Positions 30,830-40,381 of a stretch of DNA of 64,000 nucleotides are shown here, piece by piece. Source of the stretch: Gemmatimonadales bacterium (GTDB lineage: Bacteria > Gemmatimonadota > Gemmatimonadetes > Gemmatimonadales > GWC2-71-9); contig OZ252244.1 in the NCBI GenBank assembly GCA_965249575.1, forward strand, positions 1,120,001 through 1,184,000, written 5' to 3'. Numbering within the stretch: position 1 is the stretch's first letter; every line of letters begins with the position of its first letter. The notes beneath the pieces are model-generated. The model searched no databases. It saw nothing but the letters and a program-made list of their open reading frames with translations, and was not told the origin of the DNA. The position numbers and the translations under genes were made by a program.

Positions 30830-31102
30830 TCAGCTAAGTCCGCCACCGTGCCGCTCAAGCCCCAGCGTCACGGCCGCAATGCAGCGGTCGCGCAGATGGT
30901 CGGTGATCTCCGCGCTTCGCGTGAGGGGCCCGAGGATCGTGAGCAAGCGGACGCCCAGCCGGCCCCGGAACGCCTCAGGCTGCGTGCCCCAGTACAACTC
31001 CACTAGGTCGGCGACCCGCTCGTCCCGCGGACCCTTCATCAGAAGGAACTCGTCCGGTAGACCCCAGGCATGGGTCCGATCCGGATCGCTGAGCGGCGCC
31101 AT
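30830..31102 (-). CDS. ~90-aa hypothetical protein, paralog 3 of 4
   Basis: MAPLSDPDR..A..LPDEF...W...AEITDHLRDRCIAAV. Confidence 0.75.
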   Translation of the reverse strand: MAPLSDPDRTHAWGLPDEFLLMKGPRDERVADLVELYWGTQPEAFRGRLGVRLLTILGPLTRSAEITDHLRDRCIAAVTLGLERHGGGLS

Positions 31103-31148
31103 GCCATCCAGGATGGATCACGATACTCCTGCCAGATAGGGCGCTCTT

Positions 31149-31175
31149 GGGACACCAGGATGCGCGGTTGGGACA
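31149..31175 (-). promoter_or_regulatory. TGTCCC-N15-TGTCCC direct-repeat site
   Basis: 21-bp period, 46 nt upstream of paralog 3 ATG. Confidence 0.65.
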
Positions 31176-31224
31176 CGAGTGTGTGCGATCGTGTCCCCCC
31201 CAGGTATCCGCATGGCGTCGTCCT

Positions 31225-31791
31225 TTACGATTCCCGCGTGAACTCCACGCTCCATTGCCCATCGGGATCCGCCCACGTGTGGTGGTCCGCATCTGCCACA
31301 TGGAGCTGAGAGCGAATGAGCATTCCGGGACGGTTGAAGGGCGCGTCTGCCAGCGATGGTGAGAACGCCACCCGCCCGTTCTCCAGGCTCCCGCTGAGGG
31401 CAATGACTGCCGGGACATCATCGTAAAGCGCAACGTAAAAGAACCGATGGGTGAGGGGATCGTATCCGAGGTATCCCCGTCCGCGTTTTCCCGAGCCGTC
31501 AAACTCCTCCGACCACTCGAGGTGCAGCTCGGTCGACGTGGCCGTCACCACGCGGCGGCCGGTGGCGGGGCGCATACCAGCGGCGCCTGGTTGGGAGATC
31601 ATTGCGAAGCGCCATGTACCCGTGACATCCGCCAACACGGCCCGCGCCGTCTCCAACTCGGTCTCCCCACCTTGGCGCGCCTCGAGCTGGGCGGCGCCAT
31701 CGCTCGCCGAAGCGAGCGCGACCACCAAAGTAAGGACGAACAAGCAGAGGATGCGCGCTATCATTGCGGGTCTCCCTGAGGGACGTAGCAT
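31225..31791 (-). CDS. Hypothetical secreted beta-rich protein (DUF1579-like)
   Basis: Signal peptide, GTW, GYLGYDP. Confidence 0.65.
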   Translation of the reverse strand: MLRPSGRPAMIARILCLFVLTLVVALASASDGAAQLEARQGGETELETARAVLADVTGTWRFAMISQPGAAGMRPATGRRVVTATSTELHLEWSEEFDGSGKRGRGYLGYDPLTHRFFYVALYDDVPAVIALSGSLENGRVAFSPSLADAPFNRPGMLIRSQLHVADADHHTWADPDGQWSVEFTRES

Positions 31792-31794
31792 TTT

Positions 31795-32232
31795 CTAGCT
31801 CTCTGCGGCCTTCACTTCGGTATGCATCGCCCGCAGCCAACGCCCGTCTTCGAGGAACCACACACTTGTGCACAAGTATGTGCCGGAGAGATCCACCCCG
31901 TTCGAGATACCGCTGAGCGTCGCCGTGTACCGGATGAGGGCGAACTCGCGGCGGCCGATGTGGTCCACCCGCACATCGGAGAGATGAACGGACTGAAGTT
32001 CCGTGTTCTCGATCGCGTCCAGTTCGGCCCGGCGCTCACGGACGCCGTGCGCATAGACGCCCTGGAAGTTCGGCGCGAGGTAACGACCGACGAGGTAGCG
32101 GTTGCCGTTCCGCACTGCTTCCCAGACGGAACGTTCAAACGTCACAATGTCCGGCGCCGCGACGCTTTGAGTCAGTGCCAGGCCGGGGGATAGCAGCAGG
32201 AAGACGAGAGGGATTGCGAGCGTGAGCCTCAT
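31795..32232 (-). CDS. Secreted NTF2-like DUF4440 protein
   Basis: Signal peptide, TSVW..EDGRWL..HTE. Confidence 0.8.
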   Translation of the reverse strand: MRLTLAIPLVFLLLSPGLALTQSVAAPDIVTFERSVWEAVRNGNRYLVGRYLAPNFQGVYAHGVRERRAELDAIENTELQSVHLSDVRVDHIGRREFALIRYTATLSGISNGVDLSGTYLCTSVWFLEDGRWLRAMHTEVKAAES

Positions 32233-32333
32233 GGTGCCTCCCAGAGACTGTGAAGGATCGCGAATGAAGCTGGCGGTGTGAGACCTCCCCTAGTCTTCAG
32301 GATACCGCGCGCCCAGGAATCGTCGTGGCTGGG
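32224..32333 (-). repeat. Duplicated promoter/5' leader, copy 2
   Basis: Near-identical to 17345-17448. Confidence 0.9.
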
Positions 32334-32362
32334 CGGATTCCGAGCTGGCAGGGGTCGGAGGG

Positions 32363-32740
32363 TTAACAACCCTTCTGTTTCGACTTTCGATACCCGCCCT
32401 CTCGCGCTTCCGCCTCGGACGCGAAATAGATGAGATTTGCCCGAGAGAGTTGACGGGCTCCACTGCATCCCTCGCGATAGTAGACCGTGCCCCTCGAGGA
32501 CGCGACCCACCGGACCGCAGTACGAGCGGGAGCGGCTTCGGAGGCAGGGTCAGCAGCCGGCGTTGCTGTAGGCCTCGGCGAGGGCGTACGGCGCGGCGTC
32601 TCGATGCGACAGGTCTTGTTCCGGGCTATACACGCATTCCCACACGGTTTGCCCTTAACGCAGTTCTTCTGGGCGTCAACGGGGGGCGTGGCGAGAAGCA
32701 GTGCGGTCACCGCGAGGAGGATCGTGGTGCGCGTCATCAT
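32363..32740 (-). CDS. Secreted Cys-rich protein with Ada metal-binding-like C-terminal domain
   Basis: CVKGKPCGNACI....C; VASSRGTVYY..GC...NLIYF.SEAEA..GY. Confidence 0.75.
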   Translation of the reverse strand: MMTRTTILLAVTALLLATPPVDAQKNCVKGKPCGNACIARNKTCRIETPRRTPSPRPTATPAADPASEAAPARTAVRWVASSRGTVYYREGCSGARQLSRANLIYFASEAEAREGGYRKSKQKGC

Positions 32741-32758
32741 ACGGACCTCCCTGGTTTT

Positions 32759-33026
32759 CTAAGATCGCCCGGCCAGGCTCGTCCGGACCGCCTCCAGGCA
32801 CCGAAGGCGCATCTCGGCCGTGATCCCGACCGTCTCGTCCATCCAGCGACTTCAGAATCGGGAGGAGCTCCCTCGCCAGGCTGACGCGTTGTGTTGGGCT
32901 GAGCTCCGGCCAGTGCACGTCGAGTAGCTGTAGGACGCGGTCGACGACATCCCCGTCCGGGATGGTGCGAAATTCGTCGGACAGGCGGCGGGCGATGGTG
33001 CGGTCCCGACCGGTCAACTTGGCCAT
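32759..33026 (-). pseudogene. ~88-aa hypothetical protein, paralog 4 of 4, one-base frameshift near 32843
   Basis: Highly similar to paralog 2; removing one G restores ...MDETVGITAEMRLRCLEAVRTSLAGRS*. Confidence 0.8.
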
Positions 33027-33289
33027 ACCACGTACACGTTGGGACCTCGACCGCCCGGTGATCCGGGATCTACTCCGACGTTACAGCGGGATCATCCACA
33101 AGATCGGGCGGAAGGCGTGCAAACCGGAGCTCGTGCGCGAGCAGGCGGTCGCCACGGCCAACGTCTGCCACCCACTCGTCGAGCTCCTCGCGTGGAGCGA
33201 TCGGCTGAAGGACGACGAGGCGCTCCAGATGCTCAAGGAGCAGCCGGCCACGTTCGTCAAGATGCTCGGTCGCGTGTTCGGGGATCCGC

Positions 33290-33808
33290 TCAAGTCTTCT
33301 GCTCGGCCCGCTGGAGTGGGACCCGTCGACGGCTGTGTCTGTTCTCGTCCACCATTAACCGGTCGAGTGGAGCGAACTCACCAGAATACGTCCGCCTCAG
33401 CGTCGCCAAGATACGGACACATGCGCTGTAGCGGTCCTTCCGATCCCGAACCTCGCGGGGCCAATCGTCCCGGTTCCAGTGCTTCGCACAGCGCCGGACT
33501 TCACGGCGCAGCCAACGCCAGTACTCGTCAAAACGCTGTGTAGCCTGAGGGGTCAACACTGCTTTGAAGAGATCGCCTTCCCATCGACTAATTGCCCGTC
33601 CGGAGACGTCGTCCGGTGGCAGGTAGCGATAGAAAGCCCCGAACACCGTGCCATTGATGGTCTGGCCTCCTTGTGCGGCGCGGAGACGCCAGAACGTCCC
33701 AGCGCCGATGTCGAGTTGTTTGGCGGCCGCGCGCCAGGAGCCTTCCCATCGCTCAACCTGTCTACAGACCCGTGCCAAACGGGCCTTGTCCACCACTCGT
33801 AGGAGCAT
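33290..33808 (-). CDS. Putative HTH regulator divergent from the replication module
   Basis: SWRAAAKQLDIGAGTFWRLR HTH-like segment; position. Confidence 0.5.
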   Translation of the reverse strand: MLLRVVDKARLARVCRQVERWEGSWRAAAKQLDIGAGTFWRLRAAQGGQTINGTVFGAFYRYLPPDDVSGRAISRWEGDLFKAVLTPQATQRFDEYWRWLRREVRRCAKHWNRDDWPREVRDRKDRYSACVRILATLRRTYSGEFAPLDRLMVDENRHSRRRVPLQRAEQKT

Positions 33809-33869
33809 TCCAAAGCACCCCTAAAATGAGATCTGGAATGGAATCACCCTTCGTAGTATCTGTGGATCT

Positions 33870-34142
33870 GTGACGATGCGCAAGCACTTCGGAACGGGAG
33901 GATCTGTGGAGATCACACTACCGACAGCAGCTCATCGGCTAGGCGTCGCGTGGACGGTCGCTTATAGGTGGGCGCTCGAGGGTCGCATTGAAGCCCGTCA
34001 AGAGGGGCGGAGATGGAAGATCAATTCGGAGAGTGTTGAGCGACTCTCCCGTGAGCTCGCCGAAGAGAGTGAGCCCGCGCCGGGCTACCTGAGCGCGAAG
34101 CGGGCGCCCCGACCGAGCGCCCGCCTTGGAAAGTGGCCATGA
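33870..34142 (+). CDS. Excisionase/HTH_17-like DNA-binding protein
   Basis: TLPTAAHRLGV..TVAYRWALEGRIEA.Q.GRRWKI. Confidence 0.8.
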   Translation: MTMRKHFGTGGSVEITLPTAAHRLGVAWTVAYRWALEGRIEARQEGRRWKINSESVERLSRELAEESEPAPGYLSAKRAPRPSARLGKWP

Positions 34143-34172
34143 ACGCACGCACGATACTTACACCTCCCGGCC

Positions 34173-36452
34173 ATGTCCACCGCCACCGCGACTGAAGTTG
34201 ACAGCCGGATGTTGCGCGCTGCGCTTTGGTACGCCGAGCGCGGCATGCCCGTTCTCCCCCTTCACACACCGAAGAACGGACGCTGCAGCTGCGGGCGTTC
34301 CGATTGCCCGAACCCCGGCAAGGACCCGCGTATTCAGGGAGGGTACGAGAACGCCACGACGGAGGTAACAACCATTCGTGGGTGGTGGTCGAGGTGGCCG
34401 GATGCAAACATCGGCGTCGTACCAGGCAGAGCTGGCCTCATTGTGTTCGACGTTGACGGCCCGGAAGGTAAAGCGTCGGCTCGGGCACTCGGTCTGCTCG
34501 CTGAGCCGACCGTGACCACGACGACGAGCCGCGGGGTGCACCTTTTCTTCCGCCATCCTGGTGGTGGGATCGGGAATCGGTTTCCTGGCGTCGATCACAT
34601 TGATGTCCGTGCGGACAAGGGGTACGTCATTGTCCCTCCGTCCCTGCACGTCACTGGGCATGTGTATGAGTGGCTCCGGTTCGACGGCGTGGCCCCGCTT
34701 CCAGTTCCACCGCTCGCTCTCGCCGCTCTTCGCAACGGCAAGAAGGCGCCGAAGTCAGCACTCCCTCTTGCCAATTCAATCACCAAGGGGGCGCGCAACA
34801 ACGCGTTGATGAGCTTTGCGGGCTCCATGCGGCAGCGCGGGATGGGCGAGCCTGCTATTCTCGCGGCGCTCCGGGAAGAAAACGCGACGCGCTGTCAGCC
34901 ACCGCTCCATGATGGGGAGCTCGGAACGATTGCTCGCTCGGCCGCACGGTATCCCCCCGAAGCCACGCGCCCGGCGCCTGAGCACCTGACCGACCTTGGG
35001 AACGCGCGCCGATTGGTTCGCCTCTATGGAGCTCGTGTACGGTACGCGCCCGCCCGAGGAAGCTGGCTCGTCTTCGACGGGCGACGATGGGCACACGATG
35101 AAACCGGGGAGGTTGCCCGCCACGCGAAGGCAACCGTCGCGAGTATCTATGAGGAAGCCGCTGTCACCCAGAGCGGCGAGCAACGCAAGGCAATCGCTTC
35201 CTGGGCGACGAAATCCGAATCCGAGCCCCGGCTGCGGGCACTGATAGCCCTCGCCAAAACGGAGCCGGGTATTCCCGTCACGATCGGAGAACTTGATCGC
35301 GACCCCTGGGTTCTCAATGTTGCGAACGGCACGCTCGAGCTCCGAACGGGAACCCTTCGCCCACACGATCCGAAGGACCTCATCACCAAGCTTGCCGATG
35401 TCGCCTACGATGTCGATGCGACCGCGTCGCGATGGCAGTCTTTTCTCGCGCGGGTTTTCGAGGGTGACGAGAGCGTAATCACGTTCGTGCAACGAGCTGT
35501 CGGCTACACCCTCACCGGCAGCATCATTGAACAGATCATCCTGCTCCTCATCGGAACGGGCGCTAACGGAAAGTCTGTCTTCGTCGAGACGGTTCGGGCG
35601 TGTCTCGGCGACTATGCGACTGCCACCGATTTCGCAACGTTCCTCGTCACGAAGCACGATGCCGTGCGGAACGATCTCGCCCGGCTTGTCGGTGCACGGC
35701 TGGTCACCGCCGTCGAGGTTGACCAGGGTGGGCGCTTCTCGGAACCGGTCATCAAGACCATTACCGGCGGTGACGTCATCACCGCGCGGTTCCTCTTCCG
35801 TGAGTTCTTTGAGTTTCAGCCGCAGTTCACGATGCTCCTCGCCGCGAATCACAAGCCGACGGTCAGGGGCACGGAACACGCCATCTGGCGCCGGATCAAG
35901 CTGGTGCCCTTCAATGTGACGATCCCACCCCAGGAGCAGGATCGTCACCTGCTGGCCAAGCTCCGAGAGGAGCTCCCTGGGATCCTTCGGTGGGCCGTGG
36001 AAGGGTGCCTCGCGTGGCAGCGGGAAGGCCTGGGCGATCCTTCCGTAGTCCGCACCGCTACTGAACGATATCGCGATGAAATGGACGCCCTCGCCGGCTT
36101 TCTCGACGAATGCGTCGTCCTAAAGGCTTCCCAACGTTCAGGAGCTTCAGTCCTCTACCGGACATACGTTCAGTGGTGCGAGCGCGTAGGCGAACGATCC
36201 ACGAGCCAGCGCCGATTCGGGCAACGCCTTGCGGAACGGGGCTTTACGAAGTCGAGATCAGGATCACGCGGCCAATACGTCTGGCACGGACTCGGCCTCG
36301 CCGAACCACCTGAGCAGTCCGAACCTTTTTCCGCATACTCTCCTATTGAATCCCCTACACGAAGTAAGTACCCGAAAAAAGCTTCAGTGGGCCAGTTGGT
36401 TCAGTATGAGGACGCCGAGCGGGCGGCAATCGAGCAGGAGGGCCAGGAGTGA
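34173..36452 (+). CDS. Prim-Pol + PriCT + D5-like SF3 helicase (P4-family primase)
   Basis: WPDANIG, DVD, GVHLFF, GYVIVPPS, GARNNAL, GTGANGKS Walker A, AIWRRI. Confidence 0.95.
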   Translation: MSTATATEVDSRMLRAALWYAERGMPVLPLHTPKNGRCSCGRSDCPNPGKDPRIQGGYENATTEVTTIRGWWSRWPDANIGVVPGRAGLIVFDVDGPEGKASARALGLLAEPTVTTTTSRGVHLFFRHPGGGIGNRFPGVDHIDVRADKGYVIVPPSLHVTGHVYEWLRFDGVAPLPVPPLALAALRNGKKAPKSALPLANSITKGARNNALMSFAGSMRQRGMGEPAILAALREENATRCQPPLHDGELGTIARSAARYPPEATRPAPEHLTDLGNARRLVRLYGARVRYAPARGSWLVFDGRRWAHDETGEVARHAKATVASIYEEAAVTQSGEQRKAIASWATKSESEPRLRALIALAKTEPGIPVTIGELDRDPWVLNVANGTLELRTGTLRPHDPKDLITKLADVAYDVDATASRWQSFLARVFEGDESVITFVQRAVGYTLTGSIIEQIILLLIGTGANGKSVFVETVRACLGDYATATDFATFLVTKHDAVRNDLARLVGARLVTAVEVDQGGRFSEPVIKTITGGDVITARFLFREFFEFQPQFTMLLAANHKPTVRGTEHAIWRRIKLVPFNVTIPPQEQDRHLLAKLREELPGILRWAVEGCLAWQREGLGDPSVVRTATERYRDEMDALAGFLDECVVLKASQRSGASVLYRTYVQWCERVGERSTSQRRFGQRLAERGFTKSRSGSRGQYVWHGLGLAEPPEQSEPFSAYSPIESPTRSKYPKKASVGQLVQYEDAERAAIEQEGQE

Positions 36453-36500
36453 CGGACTACGCCCAACTGGCTCGGGTCGCTCGAGGATTACACCTCCATT

Positions 36501-36719
36501 GTGATCGGTTGGGTGACGGCGGGCCTGATGATCAGCGGCGGCAGCGCACCACGCATCGTCGATCCGGAGCGCCACGAGTGCACTTGCCCGGAGTTCACGG
36601 CGCGCCGAAATGAGTGCAAGCATCTGTTTCGCGCGCGCCTGCTCAACGTCGACGATGAGCTCCTCGGCGCACTGAGAGTTCTGATTCCGAACCCGAGCCG
36701 CGGGAGACGGGTCGCATGA
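36501..36719 (+). CDS. Small SWIM-type Zn-finger protein
   Basis: CTCPEF....ECKH. Confidence 0.6.
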   Translation: MIGWVTAGLMISGGSAPRIVDPERHECTCPEFTARRNECKHLFRARLLNVDDELLGALRVLIPNPSRGRRVA

Positions 36720-36958
36720 CAGCGAAGGCGCCGAGCGTCCTGAAGCTCACGCCGGCAGAGATCCCTGATCCACCCCCGGACCGCGGGCGCCTGCTTGACG
36801 CAGAGGGTGTCGCGGCGGAGATCCTTGGAGGACTGGTCACGCCGAGGTGGGTGACCCGAAACGTGACGGTCGGCAAGGTGAAGATCGGTCACGTCAAACG
36901 TGGGTGGTTCGAGAAGGATGTCCGTGCCTGGCTCGAGCTTCAGCGCGAGGAGAACTGA
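36716..36958 (+). CDS. Small HTH/AlpA-like protein
   Basis: LLDAEGVA...TPRWV...WFEKDVRAWLE; directly upstream of integrase. Confidence 0.65.
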   Translation: MTAKAPSVLKLTPAEIPDPPPDRGRLLDAEGVAAEILGGLVTPRWVTRNVTVGKVKIGHVKRGWFEKDVRAWLELQREEN

Positions 36959-36959
36959 G

Positions 36960-38036
36960 ATGCCTAGCCGTGTCCCCGACAGCAGGAACTTTCGCTTCAA
37001 CCGCTACGTCCGCGGCGTTGGCCGCATCACCAACAGCGCGCGCACGTCGAGGAAAACGGAGTTCGACTACCGGAACGGGATTCTCACGAAGCTGATCAAG
37101 GCCGGTGCGCTAGAGACGCTCCAGCTCTTCAAGAACGGGCGCCTCACGATCGAGGAGCTCGTCGACGCAGATCGACAGCAACGGCTCGAGCAAGTCGCCG
37201 AACGGTTGCTCCTGCACCGCCGGCTCGACGTATCGATCGAGGCGTGGCTCCCAGAGAGCGCAAAGACCGAAGTGAGTCAGAAGCGATACGGGTGTAGTTG
37301 GCGCCGGTTCCAGTCGATCGCGATCGCCAACCGACAGCTCACGGCGACCGCCACCATCCACGATCTCAACCGCGTTGACTATCACAAGCTCAAGCGAGGG
37401 TGGGGAGCGAGTGACGCGGATTGGAACCGGATGCGGGCCATGCTCTCCGCGTTCCTGAGCGACTACCTCGGTCACATGCATCACCCGTTCCGGCTCAAGG
37501 TCATGGGGCGGATTCCTCGCGGCGCTGAGTCTGACGGCCGAGTGCCCCAAACGACACCGGAGGAGTTCTGGTGTGTCGTGATGGCCGCGGAACCGCATGT
37601 GCAGGCCAGCTACGTGGCGATGGCTGTCCTCGGCGTCGGTCCTGGCGAATATCTCGGCATTCGCGAGGAGGATCTCTCGGTCGAACAGCTCACCGTCGTG
37701 ATCAATGGCACCAAGACCCCGCGGCGGCGGCGGGTGGTTGCGGTTGATGAGCGTCTGTGGGGATGGATCGAGCGCGCGGTGCCGTCGCAGCTGCAGTACA
37801 AGTGGCTCCGGACCAACTGGGGGAGGGCGTGCAAGGCTGCGGGCGTCAGCGGTCTTCGGATGTACGACCTGCGTCACCTCTCGGCGCAGTACGCTGGCGA
37901 CCGGGGTGTCACCGACCGTGACCTCACGATTCACCTCGGACACACAAACCCGACGATGTCGCACCGCTACAGCCGACGGGCGACGGCGCGCGGCGTGGCG
38001 AAGGCGATCGGAGACGTCCTGGCGGAGGCGATGTGA
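36960..38036 (+). CDS. Tyrosine recombinase/integrase
   Basis: TKT, YDLRH, HLGHT....RY; next to tRNA 3' end. Confidence 0.9.
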   Translation: MPSRVPDSRNFRFNRYVRGVGRITNSARTSRKTEFDYRNGILTKLIKAGALETLQLFKNGRLTIEELVDADRQQRLEQVAERLLLHRRLDVSIEAWLPESAKTEVSQKRYGCSWRRFQSIAIANRQLTATATIHDLNRVDYHKLKRGWGASDADWNRMRAMLSAFLSDYLGHMHHPFRLKVMGRIPRGAESDGRVPQTTPEEFWCVVMAAEPHVQASYVAMAVLGVGPGEYLGIREEDLSVEQLTVVINGTKTPRRRRVVAVDERLWGWIERAVPSQLQYKWLRTNWGRACKAAGVSGLRMYDLRHLSAQYAGDRGVTDRDLTIHLGHTNPTMSHRYSRRATARGVAKAIGDVLAEAM

Positions 38037-38650
38037 CTGACGAACGTCAGGAAAAGGAACATCAGGAGAAGGTTAGCCACTACCTCGACTGGATCGACAG
38101 CGAGCTCCAGCACTTCTCCTCGTACCATGACCACAAGGAGCGTATGGCATGGATCGCAACGGCCCTCTACGTGCCAGCGGTAATCGTCTTCGGTCAGGCA
38201 GCAAGTGACGAAATCTGTGGAGGCGCTTGGCGATGGGTCCTCACGGCCCTTCTCGTTGGTGCCTGTAGCTACGTACTGATGTTCCTCTCCATGCAGTTCA
38301 ACCGCCGATGGGTCGCTGCTGATGTGAGTAAGGGACTGCGCCGAGCACGAGAATGCGTGATCAGTTCTCCAACGTGTGTTGAGGACAACCAACTTACCCC
38401 GGTCGAGGATTTCGATGTCGAATGGCCTCACTTCATTACGGCGCAAGTAGAGGCCGCACGAACGCCTCGTCAGCTACGTGACAACCTGGGTGGGATGGTC
38501 CGCGGGGCGACCTTTACGTGGTGTAGGTTCGCATGCTCCAACAAGCTCTGGCAGATACAGCCGGTCGAGTGGCGGACCCGAACCGAGGCAGCCAGCTACG
38601 GCGTCGTAGTCCTCGGAACAGCGATTGGGATCGGAGCGATTTGGATATGA
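38033..38650 (+). CDS. Hypothetical membrane protein
   Basis: About 3 hydrophobic segments; between integrase and att site. Confidence 0.65.
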   Translation: MTDERQEKEHQEKVSHYLDWIDSELQHFSSYHDHKERMAWIATALYVPAVIVFGQAASDEICGGAWRWVLTALLVGACSYVLMFLSMQFNRRWVAADVSKGLRRARECVISSPTCVEDNQLTPVEDFDVEWPHFITAQVEAARTPRQLRDNLGGMVRGATFTWCRFACSNKLWQIQPVEWRTRTEAASYGVVVLGTAIGIGAIWI

Positions 38651-38723
38651 CGCACAGGTTGCCGCACAGGGTGGGAGCTGGACGCCGTCGCGTCGAGCCG
38701 ATAAGTCGTTGTACTGTCAGTAG

Positions 38724-38796
<73 letters not shown>

Positions 38797-38854
38797 GATC
38801 CGGTTTAAACTATGGATAGGCGCAGCAGAGAACTCAAGCGGGGGGCGAAAGAGA

Positions 38855-40294
38855 TTGATAACGCGAGGCAGCTCCACGATGAGCATCCATGGCTCAGGTC
38901 GTCGTGACTCGCGTCGACGGCTAGCGTCGATTGCTCGAAGGGCCGCCCGCTCCCGGCACCGGCTCCTCGGGCCGGCGTTGCTCTGGGTTATCGCCGTGGG
39001 GTGCCGCAGTCAGTCCGCTCCAGGTGGCGATGCGCGTTCCTTCGAGGTGTGGGCGCGGCGACACGCAGCACCCATCGCATCGGTCGAGCCCGGGCACGCC
39101 CTGGACGATCTTGAGCCTCTCCGGGAGATCGTCGGGGATGCCCGCGTCGTCGCCGTAGGTGAGAGCCTCCACGATGTGCACGAATTCCTCGCGCTCAAGC
39201 ACCGCACGTTCGAGTACCTGGTGATGGAGCTGGGATTCACCGCCCTCGCGATGGAAACCGGCTTGCCCGAATCCAGGCTGGTCTACGACTACGTACTCGG
39301 TGCCGCCACGGATCCCACCCTACTCCGGCGTGCCGGATTCACCTGGGGGTTCGGCGAATGGCGGGAGACGTGGACCCTCATCGAGTGGATGCGGAGCTAC
39401 AACCAGGATCCCGCGCACGATCGGAAAATCCGCTTCTATGGCATCGATCTCACCGGCGGCCGCGACGACACCTTTACCGATGCGCGGCCTGCGATCGACG
39501 GGACACTCGGGTACCTGCGTGGAGTCGACAGCGCATACGCACGGTCGGTCGCGCGAACCTTGCTGCCGTTGACCGAGCTTGCGACATACCAAGCATTCCC
39601 TGTCCTGCGGGCAGAGACACGCTCAGCCTACGCGACCGCGGTAGGGGCGCTGGTGGATCGGTTCGAGTTGCAGCGGGTGGTGTATCTCTCACGCACATCC
39701 GACGTCGAGTTCCAGTGGGCCCACCGCCACGCCATCGCGGCGCGGCAGCTGGTCACGAGCTTCTGGGCCATTCCTGTGGGAGGAGCAGGACCCGGCGATC
39801 TCCCGGAGGGAGCTGAGCTCGAGTACAGCAGCCGCGACCGGGCAATGGCGGACAACGTCGGATGGGTGCTGGAGCGGGAGGGGCCGGGGGGACGGGTCGC
39901 CGTCTTCGCACACAACGTCCACGTGCAACGGGTCCCGCCGAAGGGATCGGGCGCAGTCCCCTACCACATCCCACCGACCGTGATGGGACAGTATCTCGAC
40001 GCAACGCTGGGTGACCAGCTGGTCGTCATCGGATCTGCCTTCGGTCGGGACGCCGAGCACTTACCATCTTCTCGACCGGAGCGTGGCAGCGTCGACGAGA
40101 CACTCTCCGCAGCGGGTCCGCCGGTGTTCCTCCTGAACCTGAGATCGGCGCCTGCTGTGGGACCGGTCGGCGAGTGGCTGGACGGCGAGCGAAAGTATCG
40201 GAGCACCAGCGGGTATTACGAAGTGCGGCCGCGTGCGGCGTTCGATGCCCTGTACTTCGTCAAGGAGATTCACGCTGCCCAGCCGCTACGGTGA
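38855..40294 (+). CDS. Erythromycin esterase family protein
   Basis: VVAVGESLH, GFTALAME, RDRAMADNV, AHNVHV. Confidence 0.9.
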   Translation: MITRGSSTMSIHGSGRRDSRRRLASIARRAARSRHRLLGPALLWVIAVGCRSQSAPGGDARSFEVWARRHAAPIASVEPGHALDDLEPLREIVGDARVVAVGESLHDVHEFLALKHRTFEYLVMELGFTALAMETGLPESRLVYDYVLGAATDPTLLRRAGFTWGFGEWRETWTLIEWMRSYNQDPAHDRKIRFYGIDLTGGRDDTFTDARPAIDGTLGYLRGVDSAYARSVARTLLPLTELATYQAFPVLRAETRSAYATAVGALVDRFELQRVVYLSRTSDVEFQWAHRHAIAARQLVTSFWAIPVGGAGPGDLPEGAELEYSSRDRAMADNVGWVLEREGPGGRVAVFAHNVHVQRVPPKGSGAVPYHIPPTVMGQYLDATLGDQLVVIGSAFGRDAEHLPSSRPERGSVDETLSAAGPPVFLLNLRSAPAVGPVGEWLDGERKYRSTSGYYEVRPRAAFDALYFVKEIHAAQPLR

Positions 40295-40381
40295 CCCGTC
40301 GCGGCGCAGCCGGTCCCCGCCGTTCGGTCTTTGCCGGCGTGAGGAGAACGAGCGCGCCTCGCCCGCTTATATTGCGCCCCC

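Noticed and set aside
33040..33300. Coding-like plus-strand segment (GIIHKIGRKACKPELV...)
   Set aside because: No start or identifiable family; probably a fragment at another junction
38855..40294. Macrolide resistance gene
   Set aside because: Erythromycin esterase family members are widespread; nothing here shows Ere-type activity
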